DNA of 64,000 nt from Eledone cirrhosa (taxonomy: Eukaryota), in assembly GCA_964016885.1 (NCBI GenBank), contig OZ024743.1, forward strand, positions 124,062,001 to 124,126,000, given 5' to 3'. This document shows positions 13,029-25,051 of the stretch, in pieces; positions within the stretch are counted from its first letter, which is position 1; each line of letters begins with the position of its first letter. The notes below the pieces were generated by a model, which saw nothing but the letters and a program-made list of their open reading frames with translations, made no database searches and had not been told where the DNA came from. The position numbers and the translations under genes are program-made.

Positions 13029-13537
13029 TTATTTTATCGACCCCGTAAGGATGAATGGCAAAGTTAACCTCGGCGGGATTTGAACTCAGATCAATCCACC
13101 ATCAGACCCTAATAACGACATAGTATATATATATATATATTATATAAATGGAATAGAATGAAACGAAATTTCATTTCTCACTCTTAGTACGCACTTACTT
13201 AAATGTAAGTATGTATGTATACGTACATACATATATGTATACAGACGTACAGTAGTATGTATATATATACATACATGCACACATATATACATGCACGTAT
13301 AGGTTTACCGAACATTTATTATAATGCTCGGTTTGTTTGTTTGTAAACAAACCGAGCATTATAATAAATGTTCGGTAAATCGATACGTGCATGTATATAT
13401 GTGTGCATGTATGTATATATATACATACTACTGTACGTCTGTATACATATATGTATGTACGTATACATACATACGTACTTACATTTAAGTAAGTGCGTAC
13501 TAAGAGTGAGAAATGAAATTTCGTTTCATTCTATTCC

Positions 13538-13577
<40 letters not shown>

Positions 13578-13672
13578 TATGTCGTTATTAGGGTCTGATG
13601 GTGGATTGATCTGAGTTCAAATCCCGCCGAGGTTAACTTTGCCATTCATCCTTACGGGGTCGATAAAATAAA
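13029..13672. repeat. Long (~310-bp arm) near-perfect inverted repeat
   Basis: Each arm contains a SINE fragment, (TA)n and a repeat also found at ~22990-23215. Centre ~13342 (gtttgtttgtttgtaaacaaac). Confidence 0.9.
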
Positions 13673-13899
13673 GCACCAGTAATACACTTGGATAATTGCT
13701 GGCCTTGTGTCAAAAGTAGAAACAATTATTAATACTATAGGTGTGGCAACTGTTGTCTTTTGAAAGAGTGAGTAAAATTGAAGCTGTTAGTGTGTTTTGC
13801 TGTTTAGATTTATTGTTTCGTTGTTGTTTTCATAAGTTTTGATCGTTGACCGAGCGGTGGTGGTGGCAGTTGATGTTGATATTTGGCTTTTTATCGTTT

Positions 13900-14195
13900 G
13901 ATGCCGCTGTTGTTCTTGTAGGTGTTTGTGTTGTTCCTTTTGATGCTGTTGTTGTTGTTGTAGGTGTTGGTGTTCGTTCTGATGCTGTTGTTGCTGTAAA
14001 TGTTGGTGTTGGTGTTCGTTCTAATGCTGTTGTTCTAAATATTAGTGTTGGTGTTCGTTCTGATGCTGTTGTTGTTCTAAATATTAGTGTTGGTGTTCGT
14101 TCTGATGCTGTTGTTGCTGTAAATGTTGGTGTTGGTGTTCGTTCTAATGCTGTTGTTGTTCTAAATATTGGTGTTCGTTCTGATGCTGTTGTTGG
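13900..14195. repeat. Minisatellite of 30-42 bp units (gttggtgttcgttctgatgctgttgttg...)
   Basis: About 6-7 visible tandem units, mostly multiples of 3 nt. Confidence 0.85.
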
Positions 14196-14677
14196 AGATA
14201 TGTGTTCGTTGATCGTTTTGACTGAGTGGTGGCGATGGTAGTGAGTGTTCGACTATTTAACAACACATTCAACACACAGTAAGAGTTGGGTAGCAACTCT
14301 TACTGTGTGTTTAGTCTAAAAATAGGTTGGAGATTGACGTGTGTGAGTGTAAATATGGTGGTGGGGATAAAGTGGATGTAAATGTGGTGGTAGTGAGGGA
14401 AGAAAGTTGTATCTCTTTTATCTGTCCGTTTACTTTTCAAAATTTGAAATTTAGCCATATTTGATTAAAAAGCATTAGGGTGTAAATAAAATGTAAACAA
14501 TGATTGCATTGGGAAAATATATAAAAATATTTATGCAACTTTCACAACTTCTGCCAGGTTATTTGCTGAGACTAGTGGGCAACAATTTGTCGAATTTGGA
14601 TGTTTGGAAATACAAAATTAAACAGAACTTACCATCCCTGTGCATATACATACACTTGCACACATATTCATACATAC

Positions 14678-15198
14678 GCTGCCCAACAGATGCCAATATA
14701 ATATCAAAGGTTAGCGAAAAGGAGAATATCTATGTAGAATTAATGAGAAATCTGCTGATACTCCACCCTGACTATACCTTCAGATTTATACCTGTGATTA
14801 TTGGGGCACTGAGATATGTTAGTTAGTAACTGTCTCAATACAAATCTTGAGAAGCTGGGCTTCACTGAAACAAAAAGAACACGACTAATTAGGAAATTAC
14901 AAGTACAATCAATGGAACAGTAAAAATATGTAAAACATTCCAAAAATTCTGCATCTAATAACTGCATATACACTTGTACAGATACAAAACATATGCACAT
15001 GCACACATACAACTCAAAACATCCACATCCACACATACAATAACATCTATACTTGCACACACATTCATGCATGCAGACGTGCATACATATCTACCTAGTT
15101 GATGTTGTGTAAATTCCAATGAGAGAGACTTGTGTCTATGTTAGAAACCGACTCTCTCTCTATTGGTAAAAATTTGTGAAATTATAAAATCAGAAGAA
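14678..15198 (+). mobile_element. R4/Dong-like 3' fragment
   Basis: Homologous to 11555-12032; flanked by catac repeats on both sides. Confidence 0.85.
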
Positions 15199-15251
15199 CA
15201 TACATACATACATACATACATATATACATACATACATACATACATACATAC

Positions 15252-15816
15252 ATGGTGGCTGCCAACTCGTTTTCGAGTACGGCCACTACTTTATATCCAT
15301 GTAGGAGTACCCCTACCGATGCGCTGAATGGTGTGACTTTTTAGTCCAGCCAGCGACTTGAAAACTCTGGTACAAACACTACTCTTGTGACAGTTATTGA
15401 CACATAGTGCTGGGCCCATGGTACCATGTGACGACAAGTGCAGAAAGATCTCCAGATATAAAGCAATGCCTGTGCCGTGAAGCTTTTATAGTGAGCAAAG
15501 GCACTGCACAAAGCCAGTCCCACTCTCTTAACCAAGATGATATTTACCAAAAAGAAGAACAAGTCAACATCATTGGATACCATCAGGGTTGCAGGTGTTA
15601 TATCAGAGTTTTCCTTCTCCTAGAATTCTGCCTTGACAAAGGCTAAGGGGTCATCTCTCCCGGTGATTTTGGATGGCCATTGACTCTTAAGAGCTCCTTT
15701 GCCCTTTGACAGGTTTTGTTTTTAGTCCTGCAGGATGTCCAAAGCCACCCTCCTTACCAAGAAACCTTGATGGGGTTGCCAGTTTAGTCGCCAACGACCC
15801 GACCATGAAACAGGTC
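15252..15816 (-). mobile_element. Probable non-autonomous RTE-related element (5'UTR-like head, 3' hairpin, (ATGT)n tail)
   Basis: Minus strand has ctaggagaaggaaaactctga (RTE 5'UTR-type motif) and ends in hairpin gtggccgtactcgaaaacgagttggcagccac followed by (atgt)n. A similar end lies at 9436-9470. Confidence 0.45.
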
Positions 15817-15845
15817 ATACATACATACATACATACATACATACA

Positions 15846-16500
15846 TAAATGTAGGATTTGTAAAACAAAGATCGAGGATGTAAGCCACATTGTTGCCAGC
15901 TGCGAAAGAATGTCATCTCGCTACTACCTCCCCATGAGACACGATGGGATAGCTAGAACCATCTGGAACGCACTTCGGAAAACAAAATTAACAACAAACG
16001 AGGAGGAATATATAGAGACAGATGGCACTAAGGAATACTGGTGGAACATGAAAATAAAAACTGCCACCAAATTAAAGCACAACCGGCCTGATATTGTTGT
16101 TTGGGACCACACATTGAAAACGTGTTCTGTTGTGGAGATCAGCTGCCCACTTGGTGTAAACATTGTCAGAAAAATACAGGAGAAGGAGGACATCTACGGA
16201 CCATTGATGAGGAGTTTACAAATCCAGTATCCAAGATACACCTTTAGCTTCATACCCATCATTATTGGAGCTACGGGTTATATACCAACCCGCTTAGACC
16301 AAAGTATGACTGAACTTGGATTTGCGGACAAAAAGCGCAGCTCCCTAATTCATAGTCTACAAATGGCTGCGATAGCTGGCACCTTCAAAATTTGCAAAAC
16401 ATTCTTGCGATTCAAGGGATGACAATTTCTTTTCTTTTACAACCTTGCCACCAGGAAGGTGGCCGGTCAAAAAAATATACTCGAAATTAAGAGAAAGAGA
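15846..16500 (+). mobile_element. Second R4/Dong-like family, 3' fragment (CCHC + REL endonuclease)
   Basis: CRICKTKIEDVSHIVASC, HNRPDIVVWD, VVEISCP; divergent in DNA sequence from the first family; flanked by taca repeats. Confidence 0.85.
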
Positions 16501-16510
16501 TATACATACA

Positions 16511-17302
16511 TACAACAATGTGGAAGACATCCATGTACATAATATGAAAGAGTACTGGTGGAATGTTCCAGTAAAAACCCCAATAAAATGCAGGCATAAC
16601 AGACCAGATATGATATGGGACAGGGAGAAGAAAACATGCACAGTAGTGGAAATTAGATGCCAATATAATATCAAAGATTAGTGAAAAAGAGAATATTTAT
16701 GCAGAACTGATGAGAAATCTGCAGATACTCCACCTTGATTACACCTTCAGATTTATGCCTGTGATTATTGGGGCACTGGGATATGTTAGTAACTGCCTCA
16801 ATACAAATCTTGAGAAGCTAGGCTTCACAGGAACAGAAAGAACACAACTAGTTAGGAAATTACAAGTACAATCCATTAATGGAACAGTAAAAATATGTAA
16901 AACATTCCAAAAATTTTGCATCTAATAACTGCATATACACATGTACAGATACAAAGCATATACACATGCACACATACAACTCAAAACATACACATCCACA
17001 CATACAATAACATCCATATCTACACATGCATGCATGCAGACATACATACATATCTACCTAGTTGACGTTGTGTAAATTCCAATGAGAGAGTCTTGTGTCT
17101 ATGTTAGAAACCGACTCTCTCTCTATTGGTAAAACTTTGTGAAATTATAAAACCAGAAGAACATACATACATACATATAAGCATACATACATATCTACCT
17201 AGTTGATGTTGTGTAAATTCCAATGAGAAAGTTTTGTGTCTATGTTAGAAACCGACTCTCTCTCTATTAGTAAAAATTTGTGAAATTATAAAACCAGAAT
17301 AA
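16511..17302 (+). mobile_element. Two tandem R4/Dong-like 3' fragments (16511-17161 and 17190-17302)
   Basis: Closely similar to 11410-12032; each ends ataaaaccagaa(gaa)|catacata. Confidence 0.85.
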
Positions 17303-18143
17303 CATACATACATCGCTCTCTCGATCTGATCAATCGACAAGATCCTACATTGTAGAAATAGCAGCCAAATCACACCATATCTTCCTAAGGAGACACTGAA
17401 TGATGTAATTCTAGGTATACTCTTCAAAAATAGAGCAGTCATAGCGAGAATGAATCTGAACAAAGAAATTCTAACTAAAAGATCAAAAGTTGAACAGAGA
17501 GAATTACAGATGACTCTGCTACCAAGGGTCGGATGGATCTTCACAGACTGAATCAATACTCAAGTGGAGCCCAGCTCACTCTCACCTACATTCTCAGACT
17601 TTGCAAGGTGCATTTCATCATGGCAACAACACTAGGGTGGTTGTCATATCTTTGATACAGCTGCTCTTTTTTTCGCAGGTTTTTCACAGCTCGATGAACT
17701 TTATATTACCAACCATTTTATAGAATGTACTGAATATATTTATCGTGTGGATCACCAACACTAAGGAGGTTGTCGTGACTTTGACAAAACTGTAGAGTCC
17801 TTCCAACCATTCATTCACCAAACTTTCTATGACTTCATACTATTTCTATCACTAAGCAATTTACAGAGTATACTTGTAATATAGATTACCAAAACTAGAG
17901 AGGTTTTAATGCTGTTAACACCACTGAAGAGTCCTCTTGACCCTTTCCAATCCAAAATGATTTCTACAGTAAGACACACTGCTTATTGGCAGCCTCATTA
18001 CAGGGTGTACTGGGCGTATTTTTCATCAAACAAGCACTAGAGAGGTTGTTGGTCATCAACCCAAATGTAGAGCCCTCTCTACACTATGATGGGCAGAGGA
18101 ATGATGATAAATATGTTGTTATAATTGTATACACACACACATA

Positions 18144-18181
<38 letters not shown>

Positions 18182-18579
18182 GTGGGGAGAGAGAAACATG
18201 TAGGAATAAATGAATCATCTATGTTATCACTGTATATTTATATTTCTGTTAGTTTTAGAAGGCAATTTTAGAATAGATACAGGATATATATGGAAATTAT
18301 AAGCTATAATTGTTTCTAGTTTTCTACTGTTGACCAAATATAGAATTTTTATTTTCCACTTCCTAGTTATATTATTTGGTACTAAACAAAAATGTTAAAA
18401 AAAGTAGTAAAGGAAGTGAAAATATGTTGCGCACTGTTAAATTATAAGAATACTGAGAATCAAGTAAGATGGGCAATTTCAAATATGTGTGTGTGTGTGT
18501 GGGTGGGGGTGTGGGGGGGGGGGGGGGGGGGGGGGGGTATGTATATCTGTATCTATGATATAAATTCATTTGTATGCTA

Positions 18580-19495
18580 TAGATCTTTTATGCAATCAGA
18601 CCTGGACACAATGCAGCAATGGATCATGGACTGGCAACTCCAGCTGGCTGTGGACAAATGTACCATCATGCATTTTGGGGAGGAAAAACCCAGCATTCAC
18701 ATACTCCCTCCACAACACCAATCTCAAAATAATGTTCTTGTGAACATGATTTGGGCATTATTGTCAACAGCGATTTGCGTTGGACAAAACATGTCTAAAA
18801 TTGTCAAGAAGGCTGAGGGTATCTTAGAACAACTCAGTAAGACCTTTGTCAGCCACTCTCCAACTATCTATTTAAAGTTGTTTATAACTAAGGTGCATCC
18901 ACACTTAGAATTTGCATCACCAGTCTGTAACCCTTATCTTGCTCAGAATATTGACCTCCTGGAAACTGTTCAGAGATGTGCAACCAAGAGAATAGCCTCC
19001 ATCAAGCCTCTACCATATTCTGAAAAACCTTGCCTCCCTGGGCATGGATATGTTGAAGCTCCAACATCTGGCAACTGATTTGGTAAACACCCATAAAATT
19101 ATTAAACATCTTGCCAACAACAACTCTGAGCACCTTGTTGAATTCCATGTGTCTAACACCCATGGGTATGCTTAACAAATCAGAAAAAGTACAGCTCCCA
19201 TGACTTTGTGAAACATTTATTCATGCTCAGAGTTGCTGAAGCATGGAACAAACTATCTGCATCAGTTGTTAGTTGTTGGGACACTGCATCCTTCAAAACT
19301 TCCATGCTTCCCGAAATTTGCCAGTACTACACCTGATATCCCCCCTCCATACACACACAAGCATGTGTCTGTAAGTATATCATGACTCATAGACTGTTCA
19401 CTTCCCTGACATTTGTACATTATTCTATGAACTATACATGCACCTTTGATGAGTTCTAGTGCACCTGAGCGCTGTACACAATAATTTTCATTATA
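18580..19495 (+). mobile_element. CR1-clade LINE 3' fragment
   Basis: QSDLDTMQQW..WQLQL..DKC..MHFG, DLGII, HPHLEFASPV.NPY..IDLLETVQR.ATK motifs. Confidence 0.85.
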
Positions 19496-20261
19496 TGAAT
19501 GTAAATCTGTCTTGACATCTAGTATTACATGTACAATGGTATATGAAAATAACCAAAGCCAGAAAACAAATTCAGATAACATCTTATACGCAGACATAAA
19601 CTTAATTTCTCAATTTCTTCTTTCCCTTACTTGAAGAAGCATGTATGCATAAGGTTCAAGATTGGGTAAATTTTTGTTGACATACAAAGGTCACACAGAA
19701 ACAACCTCCAAAATTATTTCTTATTCTATCAATCACTACTTCTTTTGTCCCTCGAAATCAAGAACCCCCCCCCCCCTATTTTTCTATTTTTCAATATACT
19801 ACTGATTTTTATATCAGTAGATTACTAAAAAATTGATTAACAATATTCCAAAGATGTGTGTATTATCTGATTATGTGTTGTATGTGGTCCTAGATGTGTG
19901 TATTATCTGATTATATTTGTATGTGATCCTAGATGTGTGTGCTACTCGCTTCTGTTTTTTCTTTTCTTTTTTTTTTATTTCTAATATTATTTATACAATA
20001 GGGAATAAAATAGATCTACATAGTGTTAACTCATTACGGTTGAGTCAATAATTTCAGACATGAAATACATTGTTATCGGTGAAGGAAAGATAAGATTCTA
20101 ACTGGCTGCGCTCAAAGTGTCTTTGACCCAGTTGACTGTGGATTTTTCCATTTTTAGGATCTCAATTACCGGTTAATGTCTCAATTACCAGACATGCCTG
20201 GACACCTGCTCACAGCTGCAGTCAGGATATAGTTATGCTGTCTGCAAGCTCATTCAAATGC

Positions 20262-20829
20262 ATTCACACTGGCTAAATGAATTGAGAGAGAGACTGAGCA
20301 TAAGAGGAATCAAATGCTGTGTGCAGGAGAGGAGGTTGCATTGGTATGGACATGTGATGCGTATGAAGGATGACTGCTGCATAAAAAGGTGCAGAGCTCT
20401 AAAAGTCGATGGAAGCCATGGAGTGGGGAGACCCAAGAAGACCTGGGATGAAGTGATAAAAGCTGACCTTGCCCAATTGCACCTCTCAAAGGCGATGACA
20501 CAGGACCGTGACCTCTGGCATCACGCAGTAATACAGAAGACCCGACTTCCCACAGGAAAAAGCCTAAGCTGAAGCATATAGACAATAGGCTTCCATCACC
20601 TCCCACTGCAAAGTGGTCGTGGAGGTGTCATGATAAAAAAGCTCCCAGCACTCACTGTAAATGAGGTTGGTATTAGGAAGGGCATCCAGCTGTATCAAGC
20701 CAAAATCAGTTCCCGTATGAGCAAGACAAGGTCACCTGACCTAGCATTGCCCTCAACAGGACAACCCATCTAACCCATGCTAGCGTGGAAGCATGGACAT
20801 AAAATGGTGATGATGATGATGATGATGAT
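20262..20829 (+). mobile_element. RTE LINE 3' end with tail
   Basis: VQERRLHWYGHVMRM..GRPKKTWDEVIKADL followed by the tail and (gat)n. Confidence 0.85.
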
Positions 20830-21737
20830 CATCATCATCATCATCGTTTAACGTCTATCTTCCACACTAGCATGGGTTTAGACAGGAATTGTCCCACTTG
20901 AGGCAAGATTGGTTGTCTTGCTCGTATAGGACTGTCTGGCATGTTTTCTATGGCTGGATGCCCTTCCTAAGACCAACCACGTTTACAGTGTGGACTGGGA
21001 GGTTTTTACCGTGTTACCTACACGGCCACATTACTGTGTGTTTTTTTGTTGTGACACCTACACGACCTCATTTATTTAGAACTGGATGTTGTGGTACAAA
21101 CATAACTTTACAGAGAAAGGAGTAGTGTAGATGGGGGTGGGGGTAGATGTAGTGGGATGGGGGTGTATTTTTGGTTAAGAGGTGCCTTCTGACTGTAGGT
21201 TTCGCTTTGTACTTAGGCAAGGTTGGTCTTCTGTATTACAGCATAGCGCCAAAGATCTCGGTCCAGTGACATTGTCTTGGAGAGGTGTAAGTGTGCAAGG
21301 ACCGAGATCTTTGGCGCTACGCAGTAATACAGAAGACCCACCTTACCTAAGTGCAAAGCGAAACCTACAGTCAGTAGGCACCTCTTACAAAAATACACCC
21401 CCGACCCACTACCCCCACCCCATCCACACCACCCCCTTCCAATGTAAGTTATGTTGGTACCACAACATCCAGTCCTAAATAAATGCGGTCGTGTAGGTGT
21501 CACAACAAAAAACCACACAGTCCACGATGTAATGTGGCCATGTAGGTAACACGGTAAAAACCTCCCAGTCCACACTGTAAACGTGGTTGGTGTTAGGAAG
21601 GGCATCCAGCCGTAGAAAACCCGCCAGACAGTCCTATACGAGCAAGACAACCAAACTTGCTTCAAGTGGGAAAATTCCCGTCCAAACCCATGCTAGCGTG
21701 GAAGATGGACGTTAAATGATGATGATGATGATGATGA
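20829..21737. mobile_element. Two RTE 3' ends in head-to-head inverted orientation
   Basis: 20829-21298(-) and 21299-21737(+) are diverged reverse complements with their (gat)n tails pointing outward. Confidence 0.85.
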
Positions 21738-21751
21738 TATATATATATATA

Positions 21752-22260
21752 TTATTTAATTACATAATAAACAATACAATATAATTATTCCATTACCAAA
21801 GGTTTCAAGAAGCTAGACGATTCCTACAGAAACGTCCAGCTCATTCATCAGATAAAATAGTTATGTCTTGGATATAAGTTTTGAAATTGATATCTATTAA
21901 AAATGAAAGTGAGGCTGAGTTAAGATAACATCTTATAATGGAAAATATATATATATACACACATACAAATGTACATACATATACACACACATAAAATATG
22001 AATGGTTTTATGTGTGTGTATGTATGTATATTTGTATGTGTGTATATATATGTGTGTATATATATATATATTTTCCATTATAAGATGTTATCTTAACTCA
22101 GCCTCACTTTCATTTTCAATAGATATCAATTTCAAAACTTATATCCAAGACAACTATTTTATCTGATGAATGAGCTGGACGTTTCTGTAGGAATCGTCTA
22201 GCTTCTTGAAACCTTGGTAATGGAATAATTATATTGTATTGTTTATTATGTAATTAAATA
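21752..22260. repeat. Long inverted repeat (~240-bp arms) carrying hammerhead motifs
   Basis: tatttaattacataataaacaatac... mirrored at 22230-22260; centre ~22000 lies in a TA/CA microsatellite. Confidence 0.9.
22155..22227 (+). ncRNA. Type-I hammerhead ribozyme (mirror copy at 21786-21859, -)
   Basis: TATTTTAT-CTGATGA-atgagctggacgtttc..gaatcgtctagcttctt-GAAA-CCTTGG-TA-ATGGAATA. Stems I-III pair (with G-U pairs); cleavage triplet GUA. Confidence 0.75.
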
Positions 22261-24193
22261 GCTCTGTACTATACATAGAACACTCTTCTTTCCTTTACCT
22301 TTTCTACAGAAATACTTAACATATATATATATAGTCAGAGGAAACATATATTTAAACATAAGCATAGATACATATATCAGTGTAGCCCACATTCAATGAC
22401 GTGGCTCAATGAATGAATGAATTAAATAAATAATTATTAATCAGAGCTATAGTAAAATTATAAGTTTGAAGAACAGACAGATAAAATTTACCTAATTTTT
22501 ATTCTTAGTCCGGAGAAATTAACTAAATAAATAATCATTTAAACAAAGATAAGTTTAAAATGTAAATTTGAAGAAATAATAGGTAAATCTTACCAATATT
22601 CCTCTAGCCCCGACTGTCAATAGTTTTGCTTGTGCTATGTGGAAATGTCTAATTGTTGTATTACCCATGAGGCTCCAAGCTTATCAAGAGACTCCATCAG
22701 TTAGGACCGATTTTTTAGCAAAGTGGTCATTGCCAGTAGCAAATTCAAAAGGGGTGAAAATTATCACGTGGCTAGCGGTCAAAATAGAAGTGTTATGAAG
22801 GGTAGACTGGTGGCCAGTAAGTTCATTGCTAGAAGAAGCAGTTAGTTACTGTTTAATTTTGCTCAACTGTATGGGAGTTAGAACAAAGTCAGAGGAAACA
22901 CATATATATTTAAACATAAGTATAGATACATATATTACGTAAATTTTATCTGTCTGTTCTTCAAACTTATAATTATATATACGGGATGTTTGTTTACAAA
23001 CACACCGAGCATTATAATAAATGTTCGGTGAATCCATACGTACATATATATATATATGTGTGCATGTATGTATATATATATATACATACTACTGTACGTC
23101 TGTATACATATATGTATGTACGTGTACATACTTATATTTAAGTAACAGCCGTACTAAGAGTGGGCAATGCAATTTCGTTTCATTTTTTCCGTTTATACAT
23201 ATATATATATATATATAGCACTCACTGTAAATGAGGTTGTCGTTAGGAAGGGCATCCAGCTGTAGAAACCAAGTCGTAATCAGTTCTGTATGTGCAAGAC
23301 ATGGTCATCTGACCTAACATTGCCCACAAGAGGACAACTCATCTAACCCATGCCTAACATGGAAAAATTGACATAAAACGGTGATGATGATGATGATGAT
23401 GATATATATATACATACATATATATGAAAATATGGGTGAGAAGAATACTGCTGGTTGCACATGGATAACATGTTATAAAATGAGTCCCTCATCAGTGATT
23501 TACCAAACAATCATGGGTATTTCATCGCATTAAAAATCATATACCTCACGTTGGAGCGATAATAACTAAAATAAGTTATTAGGACAATAGAAACGCGTAA
23601 AGCGAGTGAGACAAGTAAACAACACAGGGGGAAGGTAACCGAAGATGGAAATAAACACAAGCAACATAGTTATTCTTTCAGCATAAGCTGTGTGAATATA
23701 TGAGCGAGTCAGAAAACAGACCTTTTGCTAGTGAATCCGGTGTTAGAAAGAATGAAAAATTATAAGAACAGATTAAAGTTTAAGCAAAGAATTGATGTTT
23801 TCACCCTTATCGAGCCCTCTTCGGATTTTAGTCTTCACATTTATTATTACTATATATATATACATACATATATATATCATCATCATCATCATCACCGTTT
23901 TACGTCCGTTCTTCCATGCTAGCATGGGTTAGACGGGTTGTCCTGTTGTGGGCAGTGTCTGGTCAGCTGACCATGACTTGCTCATACAGGAACTGATTTT
24001 GGCTTGATTTCTACAGCCGGATGCCCTTCCTAACACCAACCTCATTTACAGTGAGTGAAGGGTGCTTTTTTCCGTGGCGCCTACACGTCCACTTTACAGT
24101 GTGGGCTGGGTGCTTTTTTTGCCATGGCACCTCCACGACCCCTTTGCAGTGGGAGGGTGTGGGGGCATATTGTCTATATGCTTCAGCTTATAC

Positions 24194-24254
<61 letters not shown>

Positions 24255-24624
24255 GGCCATTTTATTCATATCATGGTATGGATTCATGCAAATGGATATT
24301 CTACATGTAAATCACTTTTTTCTATCTCCATGCCCAACTTACTAGGATATTTTTCATACCCAAAAATGTACATTGAAGCCATTAATTCTAAATTAACTTA
24401 ATATTCAAAATTTGTAACTTGTTCAACAATTCTAAAAACAAATTGCTTATTTACATTTCTGGCTGGTTGATAAAGTTTTAAAAATGTAAAAGAGTGGTCA
24501 ACACAACTATGGTGTAATGGTAACACAGCCACACAGTATATGAGATACACATACTCCTACACACATGCAGCATCTGTACACAAACACACACGTGTGTATG
24601 TTTGTATAGGCGCACACAAGTCAC

Positions 24625-24652
<28 letters not shown>

Positions 24653-24656
<4 letters not shown>

Positions 24657-24965
24657 CAATGATATTAATAAATGGAAACTATATTTATAAAACCATATTT
24701 ATTCTATTATATATATTTCAAGGGTACCAAAACTTTGGTACGCTCTCATCAGATAAAATACAAAGTTTGTTTTATAAATATTGACATATCCAGGAATGAG
24801 ACCTTCACGGTTCAGGTCTCGTTCCTGGATATGTCAATATTTATAAAACAAACTTTGTATTTTATCTGATGAGAGCGTACCAAAGTTTTGGTACCCTTGA
24901 AATATATATAATAGAATAAATATGGTTTTATAAATATAGTTTCCATTTATTAATATCATTGATAT
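24653..24965. repeat. Near-perfect 152-bp-arm palindrome carrying hammerheads
   Basis: Centre caggaatgagacct-tcacggttc-aggtctcgttcctg; outer arms are exact reverse complements; inserted in (TA)n. Confidence 0.95.
24858..24918 (+). ncRNA. Minimal type-I hammerhead ribozyme (mirror copy at 24700-24760, -)
   Basis: TATTTTAT-CTGATGA-gagcgtaccaaagttttggtaccctt-GAAA-TATATA-TA-ATAGAATA. Stem II gtaccaaa/tttggtac; palindromic stem III; cleavage triplet AUA. Confidence 0.8.
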
Positions 24966-25051
24966 TATACTCCAGAAAACTTGTTGAGTGCTTCGAATCA
25001 GTTATAAATATATATATTTGTTGAATTACCAACAAATTAAATATCCCTTTG

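Noticed and set aside
13846-14241. Val-rich 131-aa ORF as a membrane protein
   Set aside because: It is the translation of a minisatellite, with no splice or homology support.
23470-23830. Further hammerhead candidates (CTGATGA on - at ~23490; GAAACGCGTA at ~23590; CCGAAGA..GAAA on - at ~23800)
   Set aside because: Each lacks either the partner core motif or pairing stems; at most these are decayed remnants.
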